A stretch of DNA of 64,000 nucleotides from Eledone cirrhosa (taxonomy: Eukaryota). Positions within the stretch are counted from its first letter, which is position 1; the number at the start of each line of letters is the position of its first letter. Where the stretch lies: the NCBI GenBank assembly GCA_964016885.1, contig OZ024755.1, forward strand, positions 27,528,001 through 27,592,000, given 5' to 3'. This document shows, in pieces, positions 13,601 to 40,095 of the stretch. The notes under the pieces were generated by a model. It did not search any database and was not told the origin of the DNA. It saw only the letters and a list, made by a program, of their open reading frames with translations. The position numbers and the translations under genes were made by a program.

Positions 13601-16600
13601 CACAAATAGAATACAATTGAGAGATAAATTCTTTATGATTCAGAATTGTAAAAATGTTATTCCTAGCAGAGCATGCTAGTCATTAAATTACAATTGTATA
13701 TAGTATATTGAAAAAGTTCATGCATCCTAAATAAGTGCAAATTTGGCTGTAATTCAACACAGTAAAAAGCCTGATTAAAAAAAAAATGATTACCTAAATA
13801 ATTTTGTACTCTCGATCTCTACAGAAAGTAGGCCAGTATTGCATCTACATTTATAACTCCCTGAGCCAACTGAGAACATTGAAATGGAGTGGAGACTTCA
13901 ACTAAGCAGTTTCTGCTGTTAAAAGCTTTGAGCAAAAACAGCTTGGTTTTATGAGGTCAAAGATGCCATCCTAGCAAAGAAGGAGACTTACAAAGCTTGG
14001 ATTGGCAGTCCTTGCACTTGTGGTATAAAGCAGGCACGGAGTAAAACAGTTGTATCCAAAAGTTTACATCCCTGGTACTATGGACATGTGGTCAGAATGT
14101 CAAAGGAAAGAACCACAGGACAGATTTTACAGGAGAACCAGACGATGTTTCAATGAGCTCAGCTGGTCTCCAGCCAGATCAATTGGAAGGGATGCTTCAA
14201 GATTGGTCCCACAACCCTCCTAGGAATAAAAATGCACACAACTATTCAGTCGATGCACCTGCTAAGCACAGCAACTACCCTTCTTTAGAAAATGTTATAC
14301 TACAGTATTATAGAAGTAATATTTCATGTCTTACATATTCTCAATAAAATAAAACTAATGAAACACTGTTTCACCTAGAGCAGTTTTTAGACGATCTTGC
14401 CCTTATCTTCCAAAAACATTTCAGATGCAATTTTATAACCATATTTAAAATATGTCAATTCCATTGGGTTCTTAAAAGAACCCAATGAGGAAATGTTTAT
14501 ATCTAACATTCAAAATAAGCTATTCAGGACAAGACTTGGGTGGGGGGAAAATGCAAAATTATAATTTGTACCATTTGACAAAGCTTAATGGCAGTTAAAC
14601 ATGCTTCTAGTGCATTATTTTCGCTTATTTGTGCAGTGCTCATATTTTAAAATGCTTTTACGAAAAAATATAAATCTTATGAAATACTGCCAAACATTTA
14701 TAATCATTGAGCATAACATACCAACTTTACTTCTTTAAACTTTAACATAATTTATATTTTTAAATTGACATTCTGCTGTAGTCAGCTGGCTAGTTATGAT
14801 GGCATTAATGGAATATATATTTTGATCATGTTGCAATTTTTTTTATTTGCCCTGTGGACTTCCAATTTAGACAATGTGCTCATAGCAGCCATACACATAT
14901 ATATACATGTGTAAAAGATAAACAGAAATAACAAAACATCACAATACAAGGAAGAAATATATTTTTTCTTATTTGTTCACCTTTTACATATATATATACA
15001 TATAAAATGACAATAGGAATTGCAGCTTTTTGTAAACTTTATTTCATATTACAATTATTTCAGAATCGATCAGCTCGAGTTTGATCATGCGATCGGATCC
15101 CGACTCTTAATCGATACTTCAGATATGAGTTTACATGGGCGTGCGTAATTCATTGAACGCAAATCAAAAACTAGAACACGTGGATTACAGCACTGAGTTC
15201 AAAGCAGTCTCCCCTGTGGAATTAAACAAAACAAATTCACACGAATTACATGAAAAAAAACTGCTTAGATATAAACAGAAATATTCTAAGCAGATAATTG
15301 CAGAGAGTTTATTAGAGAAAATAAAATTGCTTGTGATATACATCAAAAGGTTTCTGTAGATGGAACGACAATTTTTACATTCATATTCTCAAGCTGGTAA
15401 ACAAGCCCTCTAGGTTCAAGTATATTTTGACAATACGGATTATTGGCTTTTAAGTTACATGTAGACAAATATCCGAACATATCTTTCGCCAAAGTTTATA
15501 AAACGAAATTGGTATGCTATACTCGAAGATCGCACAACTTGACAATACCAATGGAGATTATAACCGAGCAACGTGCAATGACAGACAACATAAAATGTAA
15601 CAGTATATATAACTGAAAAAAATACATCATGTTTACCTCATACCCTCTTCATGCCGCAGCTTAGTCTTCACCGTAGACTCACAATACCAGTTAGTGGATG
15701 TTGTTGTAAGACCAGGTTGACACCAGCTTGCACACAAACCAAAACCAGGAAATCCATTGCAGCTTTCCGAATCATTACGGCACTCAACAACCAACAGACG
15801 TTTGCACGGTAACCATTCGAAACACGGCCAAATCAAACCGATATCGCAGCCAATGGCTTTACATTCGGTACCCCTCGAGCCAATGGCATTACCGACCGAC
15901 ACACGAGGAACCACGAGTCAAATTCACATGAGTGAAAAGACGCACGTACCAAACGACACGAAAACGACCCCAAAATCAGTCGCTCCACGTTAGCTCGACA
16001 TACCAGCCTAATTAAGCTCAAAATACCCAATAACTTCTATAGCATAAGGTATAGTATAATCAGTTGATTATATTAAATTCAAAGCAAAATTGGAGAAAAG
16101 CGGCCTAATTAATATTAAAAGCAGTGATAGGCACTGTAAAAAAAAATTTTTTCCTAAATTACCGAATAACAAACACGTTGATGATGGTTCGACTTTTTGT
16201 ATTTAGCATCGTATTATGGCCTTTCTTTAAAAATAAAAATGGCCATCATCTCAACATGAATCGGCAAAAAATATTTGTCTCACATTTTTATTGTTGCGGT
16301 GATAAAACAAAACAGCCAAGAAATTGCATCTTTTCTAAATTTCTCTTAGCTGTGAAATCGACATTACACGCAGATTTTCAAATGAATAATCGCAGTTATT
16401 TTTCATCGCCCCTAGCTTAGTTTTATATTTAGTTAACAGTTTACCGATGGAAATACAGAATCTGATATTCAAAACATACTAAAACATTAAATCAAAAAAA
16501 AAAAAATTAATATCAAATGAGGTAGTGCACGATTTAGATTCGTTTTGTTCCAGATTTTTTACATTCGCCATTACTGATGCTAACTTAAATTACGCAGCTT

Positions 16601-17627
16601 TCCTCCTGTTTTACTATCTATAAGCCCTGGATTGTTTAAAATATTTTAAAGCTTTTTAGGTTTTTGATAATTTCAGAATAAGGCTACAAGAATTTATTTC
16701 ATAACTGGCGGAAATTAAAACCGAAAATCTCTTCGGATTTCATTCTACGAAAAAAAAAAAAAAAAAAATTTCTCTATTTTTGCCAGAGTCCCTAAATCCG
16801 TTCCAGAGTGTAAACAGTCGTAATTATATATATATAATTAGCTTTAAACAAAGCGATCACAAGATTTTTCACAAATTCAATTTACTGTTTACGCGATGAT
16901 TTCGAAATTCCGATCAGAGGCTCTACAAACCATATTTTAAAATGGCACACAATTTTAAGAGTAATCGTACAAAATATTTATAATATAGCAATGGAATCTA
17001 AGTCAAATTGCTAAAATCCAGGACAAATTTTCATTTGACGTAAGGATCGCTATTTTCCTAACGAAGCTTTCGCACCACGTGGAACAGGTTAGAATATAAT
17101 AGCACAACATATTGAGTGATCGAATAAATAAAAAAAAAATTAGACAGAAACTGCTTTGATTGATTGATTACGTGGTATTATTTAACAGTAATACACTGGA
17201 GTAATTGCTCGCCTTGTGCCAAAAGTAGAAGCAATTATTTTCGAATTAATCTCCCGAGATTACATAAATGGAAAGACTAACACCACGTGGAACAGATTGG
17301 ATATGTAACGATCGCTTTTACATCACAGAATAATGGAATAAATTATATTAAGCAAAGACTGGATAATTTATAACGTGGAATTATTTTCTTAATTTCTTAA
17401 TTATATAGTTGTTAGATCTTCTAATGCGCAATTCATAATTCACTGATTGTGAGATTCAGGAGAAATTTACATTTCATTTCCTATTAAACGAGCTTGAACA
17501 CGTGGACTCATCAAAATGTCTTTTTTTTAGATCGTAATTTCGACCAGCACATATATTCAAAACAGTTTGTCTCTAAATAATACCGGAAACTAACAAAACA
17601 ACATACCTTATTCTTTTTACCAGCCAT
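7617..17627 (-). CDS. NCL: Nucleolin (acidic N-terminus, bipartite NLS, 3 RRMs, RGG/GAR tail); 16 coding exons, about 557 aa
   Basis: Exons read on the minus strand with GT-AG boundaries and consistent phases: 17607-17627 (MAGKKNK), 13471-13557, 13250-13301, 12369-12542, 12017-12061, 11205-11306, 10794-10832, 10563-10634 (KRKAEVDSGNDSKKAK, NLS), 10240-10357, 9623-9765, 9395-9527, 9111-9283 (RNP1 KGFAYVEF), 8708-8840, 8122-8261 (KGIAFVDF), 7777-7980 (RGG repeats), 7617-7654 (GTGKKKTFSDSD*). The exons sum to 1674 nt with an open frame. The domain order is that of nucleolin/Nsr1/gar2. Confidence 0.93.
15044..15128 (-). ncRNA. Hammerhead ribozyme-like motif with long stem II (second copy 34918-35006)
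   Basis: TCATAT-CTGAAG(T)A-long ATCGAT..ATCGAT stem-GAAA-TAATTG-T-A-ATATGA. The second copy has CTGAAGA but GTAA. Each copy carries one core lesion; their consensus is canonical. Confidence 0.55.
17075..17504. promoter_or_regulatory. Cluster of canonical E-boxes (CACGTG) in nucleolin intron 1
   Basis: CACGTG at 17076, 17284 and 17499, plus 15177 and upstream 18264. Two sit in the identical context CACCACGTGGAACAG. Confidence 0.6.
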
Positions 17628-17646
17628 TTCAATTTCTTCTGAATTT

Positions 17647-17660
17647 AAAGATGGAAGAGT
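17647..17660 (-). promoter_or_regulatory. TCT initiator / 5'TOP-like pyrimidine tract at the probable nucleolin TSS
   Basis: The minus strand reads aCTCTTCCATCTTT about 30 nt upstream of the ATG at 17627. This matches the TCT/TOP start typical of ribosomal-protein and ribosome-biogenesis genes. Confidence 0.6.
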
Positions 17661-17739
17661 GGGACGAAGTGAATACTAATAAGAAATTTTAGTATAAAGG
17701 GTTGAAATTGAGAATGCAGCTTTATTTATATATCAACCG

Positions 17740-18250
17740 ATATCACCCCCTCACTATCATATAGCTCATACTATATCACCCTCTCACTACAATATAGCTC
17801 ATACTCTATCACCCTCTCACTACTACATAGTTCATACCTTACCATCCTCTCACTACCACACAGTTCATACCATATCACCCCCTCTCACTACTACATAGTT
17901 CATACCTTACCATCCTCTCACTACCACACAGCTCATACCATATCACCCCCTCTCACTACTACACAGCTCACACCCTCTCACTACTACACGGTTCATACCA
18001 TATCACCCCCTCTCACTACTACACAGTTCATACCATATCACCCCCTCTCACTACTACACAGCTCACACCCTCTCACCACTACACGGTTCATACCATATCA
18101 CCCTCTCACTACCACACAGTTCATACTATAACGATCAAACTATATCGATCCCTCACACTACCACATAACTCAGTAAACCATATTAACCCCCCTTACTACC
18201 ACATAACTCATAGTAAACTATATCACCCCTTCACTACAACATAACTCCAG
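17740..18250. repeat. Degenerate minisatellite (about 31-33 bp unit) immediately upstream of nucleolin
   Basis: Repeated unit TATCACCC(CC)TCTCACTACTACACAGTTCATACCA. Confidence 0.85.
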
Positions 18251-19389
18251 TGGTTAAACATATCACGTGACTTTGAAGTAGTCCTGTAGTAATGAGCGTC
18301 TCCCTTACCGTTCTTCGGGGAAACGCCTACTCCATTCTGTCCGCCGCCGCCGCGGGTGGGGCGGGCCCTATCGCGTACCGTTGTAGTTGTAGAAGAAACA
18401 GGAAGACAACAATATCTGTAGTGTTGTTGTTATTTGAAATAGAATTGTTTACGATATCGAATAATTAGCTCGGTGTTCGAACCATTTAACAAAATCAAAA
18501 TAATGGAGTCCTTTATAGGTATTTTATATTCAAAATACGAATAAACAGATTTATGGACCATCTCACTGTCCATCTAATATAGTAGAGTGTGCTCTGATGA
18601 AAATTTCGAGCGAACATATTTAATTCAAAATACCTCGACAAAATTGAAAGCTTTTTAATGGTGGTCGTCAACCAGAGATATTAATTCTATTTTCCACCAA
18701 TGTGGTATCAGCGATTAAACAGTAATAAAACAACTCAAAAATCTTATTGTAGATCAACTGCAATGTGTGATTGTATAAAAATTTGGTGCGAATGGGAATT
18801 TTCTGCTAATTAACCTATAATAATTTAAATGCTATTCACTATTTTTTTTTTAACAATTGATGGTGGAAAAGATTTCAAATTGTCGCAACTCAATGGTGTC
18901 TGACACTCTTACCGGCTGCATAGCCTCTTCCTATAAATAACGTTAAATTAAAAATTTTTTCAGAATGAAAATATAAACACATTTAATAAATACAATTAAG
19001 TTCCTATTGCTAGGAACCTCACAAATATAACGCACCAAAATATATGAACAGAGCGAGAGAAAGAAAAGAAAAAATATATTCCGTTGACCCTTGCGGCCGA
19101 TTCTTGCACTTGGTGGTGAATTGATGGTCATTTTTGTTTCTGTTTACTGCTTTTTTTTCTTTCTCTTCCTCTGATCATATATTTTGGTGCGTTATATTTG
19201 TGGTTTTCTAGCAATAGTTAACAGTATTTATTATGTGTTTATACTTATGATAATTAGCTAGTAAACACTAACAATTCGTTTCCCTATTTGTCCCTTAAAA
19301 TTACTGACAATCTTTCCTTCGTCTAAGATCTAAGAAGCGATATCAACAATGACTACGGAAGTTACCGTTTTCGTAATTGCTAAATAGGT

Positions 19390-19790
19390 TATCATGATTC
19401 TTGAGTAATGACCGAAAGAATACGATCGCGAATACAAGCGGCTGAAATGGGATTCCTCCGAAGGGTCTTTGGAGTAACGTTACTTGATAGAGTGCGTAGC
19501 TCGGAGATCAGAGTCACTCCAGTTAAAGCCACTACATCTCCCAATGTGGTTAGAATGTCTCAGGAAAGAATCACTGGACAGATATTACGGGCAAAACCAA
19601 CCAGCAGGACACAGAGAAGTAGACACTGAACAAGATGGTTGGATAACAACCATGAGCTTGATTGGTCACGCTTGAGGATCCAGCTAGATCAGTTGGAGAT
19701 GGTTGCTTCTGACAAGATCCGCTGGAGGGAGTGTTTGAGGACTCTGCCCTCACGACCCTCCCAGGAATAAGTGGGTGAGGGAGAGGTTAT
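19390..19790 (+). mobile_element. 3' fragment of a second RTE-type LINE family; related fragments at about 240-440 (+), 13860-14230 (+), 39190-39630 (-)
   Basis: MTERIRSRIQAAEMGFLRRVFGVTLLDRVRSS, the typical RTE C-terminal region, seen in several copies. Confidence 0.8.
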
Positions 19791-21190
19791 CATGTACAAT
19801 ATATTGTATTATTATAGAGACACCTCCACCCACCCCGATTTCAGTGGGGTAAATTTTTTTCATGTGCTATCAATTAAACTTACCTCCTAATATGCTCCAA
19901 ACGACCTTTCCCTCTGAAAAAAGGAGGAGGCCCTCGGACTTTTTTCTACAAGTTTAGAATTAGGGTTAAGGAGTAAAGAATATTCCGGTAGGGTGGTATA
20001 TCTGACGGTCCCACTCCCACTCTGTTTTCCATGGAGAAAAGATGGTTGCAGCGTGTTCGGATGTAAGATTAGTTGGAAGCGCACGAAAAAACGAGGAAGA
20101 AAAAAGATAAAGAAAACATCTGAGCAAGTCTTTAATTTAAGATTTAACAATAAATCTGTGTTCGTATGTTGATGATGTAGACTTTATTGCACATTCAGAA
20201 GCAGACATGGAGTACAAGATGGATACAATTTTTTAAGTATGTGCTCTTCTTGGGCTCACTGTAAGCTTAACTAAGACCAAGGTGATGTGCACTCCAAGAC
20301 CAAGAGAAACTTGACTTATGCCAAACATTGACGTAAAACGGTGATGATGATGATGGCAGGCTCAAAAGTTCAGATTTGTCTCGCATACTCTTCATTTTCT
20401 ACAACAATGACCTACTAGCTATCATTGTAAGGTTGTACCACTGAATACCACCTTTTATAAATAAATATTGTTCAAATGTGGGCTGCTTCAACTTTGACTA
20501 GAATCAAATAATGTTATTTTCCACACTAAAACGATAATATAAGTGAAACTAAATTTTTTATGGTTTTGAAAATAATTTAAACTGTTAAATAATGGTTTCT
20601 TATATAGGGGCAAGGCCATCAATTTTTGGGGAGGGGAAAGTCGATTAAATTGACTCCAGTATGTTACTGGTACTTTATTTTATTGGCCCCATAAGGATGA
20701 AAGGCAAAGTTAACCACGGCAGGATTTGAACTCAGATCATAAAGGGCTGTATCTCTATGCTGCAAAGCAAGACATCCGACCCTCTACTGATACTGCCAAT
20801 CCACCGCCCTTAAACTTTTAAATAATAAATATTGTCCAGATGTGAGTTGCTTCAATTTTGACTAGAATTAAATAATGTTATTTTCCACATTATAATGATA
20901 CTATAAGTGAAGCTTAAACAGTTAAATAATAATGTTATAATCTGCACTTGGCTTTTCATATCCATTTTGGGAGATGCAGGGATATTTTTCAAGGTATTGA
21001 TAATTGAAAATACAGCAATGATTCACTGGAAATTCAAGAATAACCTAATATTTCAAATTCTTCTTCTTCATTCCATTTTATTTCTGTATTAACCTCTTTT
21101 GAGTCGTCCTTTTCAATAGTTAAATAACTTTCAATGTTGTTCTGAAACAAGAAGAAAAGAAATATATAGTCATCCAGTAAAGTTTATTAA

Positions 21191-21411
21191 CCCTTTACCA
21201 TTTACATTACTCTATATATACTATTGTATTTTTGTGGTAAACACTTTATTTCATATAATTATCTCACATAGTATCAAATCTATGAGATTTTCATATTATT
21301 TATTTTGAGAACAATACCTTAACATTGGTATGAGTGGCCGTTTACAGCCAGTTTGAACAGAAAGAGGTGAGAGAATTCTGGTCAGATATGGCCAGTTTAA
21401 ATGCTAAAGGG
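21191..21411. mobile_element. piggyBac-type MITE copy
   Basis: TTAA-CCCTTTA...TAAAGGG-TTAA. Confidence 0.88.
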
Positions 21412-21779
21412 TTAATGTCACATTGTCAATACACTATAATGAATAAGACTATGTAAAAATATATACAGTACTAAAACAAGAAAAAGGTGGTGAAGACCTG
21501 CACATTCAATCATACACAAGGGGCGCTGCAGCTTCCTTCTGACTTTCTTATTACTAATTTGTTTTTTTAATTTTTCAGATAAATAATTGTTTCTACTTTT
21601 GGCACAAGGCCAGCAATTACTCCAGTGCACTACTGGTACTTTATTTTATCGACCCCGTAAGGTTGAAAGGCAAAGTTAACCTCGGTGAGATTTGAACTCA
21701 GAACGCAAAGGGCCATAACTCTATGCTGCAAAGCATGGTGTCTGACGCTCTACTGATACTGCCAATCCACTACACTTTT

Positions 21780-22740
21780 TCAGATAAATAATGCCAGGCA
21801 TTAAATTGACTCATCAAATGAAAAAGCATACTGTAATCATTGCCTTAAAAGCATAACATAGTGATACAGTGACAACTTCCTTCTTGAAAGTTGCCCGATC
21901 CTTCATCGTCAAAGCTAGAAAGGATCTTGAAGCTGCTGATGGGGATCCAACATAAGCAGCCAAGCGCAAAACACATGCACAAGATCCTAATAAAATCAGA
22001 ATGCTGAAGTTTGTAAAAAAAAGTTTCGATAAAACCCCAGGAAAGTCAATCAGAGCCATCGCAAAGGACCTTAAGGGATCAGAATGCACCATTAGAAGAG
22101 TTGTCCACGAAGACATCCGATACAAGTTGTATGTAATGTGGAGAGACCAGTTTATGTCAGATGGGACAATAGAAAATGGTTTGGTCCATGCAAAGCACTT
22201 ACTGAATAAGATAAAACATCAAGAAGATGGAATGCTTTGGTTCTTTTCTGATGAGAAAAACTTTGATCAGGACCAAAGTAAACCGAAGTAATGATAGATG
22301 GCTATGCAAAGACCCTATTGGGGTTCCATTGGTCATGTAAACTTCCAGCGACTATGATGGTTCTGGGTATCATCAGCAATAAGGGAGATGTCATGCCTTC
22401 TCTTTCAGGGCTTAAGACTCAATGCTGCTATCTACCGAGAGGTGCTGGAGACAGTTCTGAAGCCCTGGATAGGCAGAGAGGCCGTCCATCTTCCAACAAG
22501 ACTCCGCATCCGCTCAAGGCCAGAACAACACAAGCATAGATGCATGACAATCTCCTAGATGACTACATATAGGGCATAGTTGAAAGAGAAGTTAATCATC
22601 ACCCTCACAACACTATAGAATTTCTCAAGTTTGGCATTACCAGCACACTGTCCAGTATTGATAGAGCTCATCTGATTCAGGCATGCCAATGCTTCTGACT
22701 CTGTGTAGAAACTGTCATTGAAGCTAACTAAGGATTCATT
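21780..22740 (+). mobile_element. Tc1/mariner transposase relic
   Basis: HTH PGKSIRAIAKDLKGSECTIRRVVHEDI, WFFSDEKNFDQDQ, MVLGIISNKGDVMP, FQQDSA; degenerate. Confidence 0.85.
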
Positions 22741-22744
22741 GAAT

Positions 22745-24120
22745 ATCATCCTCATCATCAACACCATTTTACGTCCGCTTTTCCCTGCTTGCAAGGGTGG
22801 GAAGGGTCCTATTCAGCACAGCATCTCTCCACTTGTCATGGTCCTTCGTCATCTCCACCATGAGCTTCAGCGATCTGAGGTCTATTCTCACCACCTCCGC
22901 CCATGTTTTTCGTGGTCATCCTCTACTACGTCTTCCTTCAACTGGCATTTCTTGGCACTTCTTCACCCATCGGTCATCCTCCATGCGCATCACATGACCA
23001 TACCATCGCAGTCTCCTCTCCAGCACACAACAATTTATCCCTCTCAGACACAGTTTCTCTCTCAACACATCCATGCTCGGCTGTTCACGCACATTGACAT
23101 TGCACATCCAACGGAGCATACTTGCTTCATTTCTCTCCAGCTGTCGCACATCCTCTGCAGTTGCTGCCCATGTCTCACTACCATGCAGCATCGCGCACCT
23201 CACACAGGCATCATATAACCAGCCTTTTGTACACAGGGAGAAACCCTTCTTCGTCAGCAGAGGAAGCAGCTCCCTAAACTTCTTCCAACCCGTCCTTATT
23301 CTAGATACTATGGCCTCGGACCCCCCCCCCCCCTCCCATGCTAATCTGATTACCTAGGTACTGAAAACTATCAACCACTTCTATAGCACCTGCCTGCATT
23401 TGAACAATGTGTCTATCAATGCGACTTCTACTGTCAAATTTCCCTGTACATCTACTGCATACGTATTTCTCCCTACCTGTTAGTTTGCCTGCTATCCCAC
23501 TACATCTCTTGTGTACCCAAGATCTGCATTGTGTACATTTTATGGAATTTATGCCAGTTCCTTTCCTACATGTCGAACATGGCCATTTCTCTAATGGAAT
23601 CAGAGTATTGTCCTCTCTTCTACTTATCAACACTTTTGTCTTAGCTATGTTCACTCTCAGTCCTCTTGCTTCCAACTGCTGCTTCCATAGCCAGAATTTA
23701 TTCTCTAGCTCCTCTACTGATTCTGCTATAAGAACCAGATCATCAGCATAGATAAGTTCCCATGGGCATCCAGTCTTAAATTCCACTGTTATGGCTTGGA
23801 GGACTATAATGAACAAGAGCGGGCTGAGGACCGAACCCTAATGTACTCCTACTTGTATCTGGAATTCTTCACTAAACTCCATTCCTACCCTCACTTTACT
23901 GACAGCACCTCTGTACAAAGCTTGCACTGTCCTCACAAGCCATTCCTCAACACCCAGCTTCCTTAGGGACCATCAGATGACAGATCGGGGAACCCTATCA
24001 AAGGCCTTCTCTAGGTCAACAAAAGCTAAGTATAGTGGCTTATTCTTCCCTAAGAACCTCTCTTGTAATTGTCTCAATAAGAAGAGGGCATCCATTGTAC
24101 TTTTCCCAGGCACAAAACCG
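22745..24120 (-). mobile_element. RTE LINE, 5'-truncated, inserted next to a Tc1 relic
   Basis: FVDLEKAFDRVP, ELIYADDLVL, RRLRWYGHVMRM; 3' tail CCACCCTTGCAAGCAGGGAAAAGCGGACGTAAAA(TGA)n. Confidence 0.92.
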
Positions 24121-24383
24121 CCATATATAGCCTGATTGATGATGCATGCAACCAGTTTAGTACATCATAAATGTATTGTAAATAATATTTGTATTAATTT
24201 GTATCTAAATATAGAATTCTTTGATGTGCTATACATCTTTTTCTAAGTTCATGCAAATATCCTACAAAAATTACGTACCATGTATGTATATATATATACA
24301 CACATTCAGTAGACAAGGATGCAATTCACTTCAAGCACTCAACATCATATTACTTCTTCAAAATAAAGATGATGGAGTATATA

Positions 24384-24728
24384 TATAAAGAGGAAAATGC
24401 GAAGTTGTAGATGTTATAGTCTTTTATTAATTGAGCTGTTATACATATTTCCATGGCAATAGATATCGTGATTTCTTCAGACAGCAAAATTGAGTAAAAG
24501 GTAACATTTCAGAGGCAATTATTGGTAAAAGGGAGCAGAACAACCAAAGTAAAAGCATAACATTTTTTAAGTCCACTCCCTTACTCCCATAATAGCCCTG
24601 GAAATGTTACCATTTACGCAATTTTGCTGTCTGAAGAAATCAAGATATCGATTGTCATGGAAATATATATAACGGCTCGATTAATAAAAGACTGTAACAT
24701 CTTCAACTTCGCATTTTCCTCTTTATGT
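24384..24728. repeat. Inverted pair of hammerhead-bearing units (about 150-bp arms)
   Basis: Plus 24626-24676 GCTGT-CTGAAGA-...-GAAA-TATATAT-A-ACGGC, followed by AATAAA; mirrored at 24435-24485. Confidence 0.7.
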
Positions 24729-24890
24729 ATACATATATAACAAGGCTAAATATATTTTTGTATATCAAAATACATTAAGGTATCAGCAATATATATTGTA
24801 TTACATAGATTCATTACTTACAGTGATATTTAAAATACAGTACATCATGTTGACACAAAACTATCATGTGTATCATTATGCAAGCATTTA

Positions 24891-39940
<15,050 letters not shown>

Positions 39941-40095
39941 TGTAGATAATAAGATAAAATATTCTAGTTGTAATGTTATTTATGGATATATTTAAAACAT
40001 ATTTATAATGTTATTTATACAACTGTGACTATATAGATCTATTCTAGTTATATAAATATTGTATATACACATTTTGTATATAACATGCTGTATTA

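Noticed and set aside
15633-16030. Telomerase RNA, U3, U17, 7SK or RNase P/MRP
   Set aside because: No CTAACCCTAA-type template and none of the diagnostic boxes. Kept only as an unexplained island.
7655-17606. Homologs of the vertebrate nucleolin-hosted snoRNAs U20, U23 and U82
   Set aside because: I could not find the rRNA-complementary guides or well-placed C/D boxes on the sense strand. Hairpin plus H-box-like candidates at about 12620-12760 and 11510-11620 lack a convincing ACA box or second hairpin. Infernal/snoscan would settle this.
18590-18620. CTGATGA hammerhead-like core
   Set aside because: No following GAAA and no stem I or stem III pairing.
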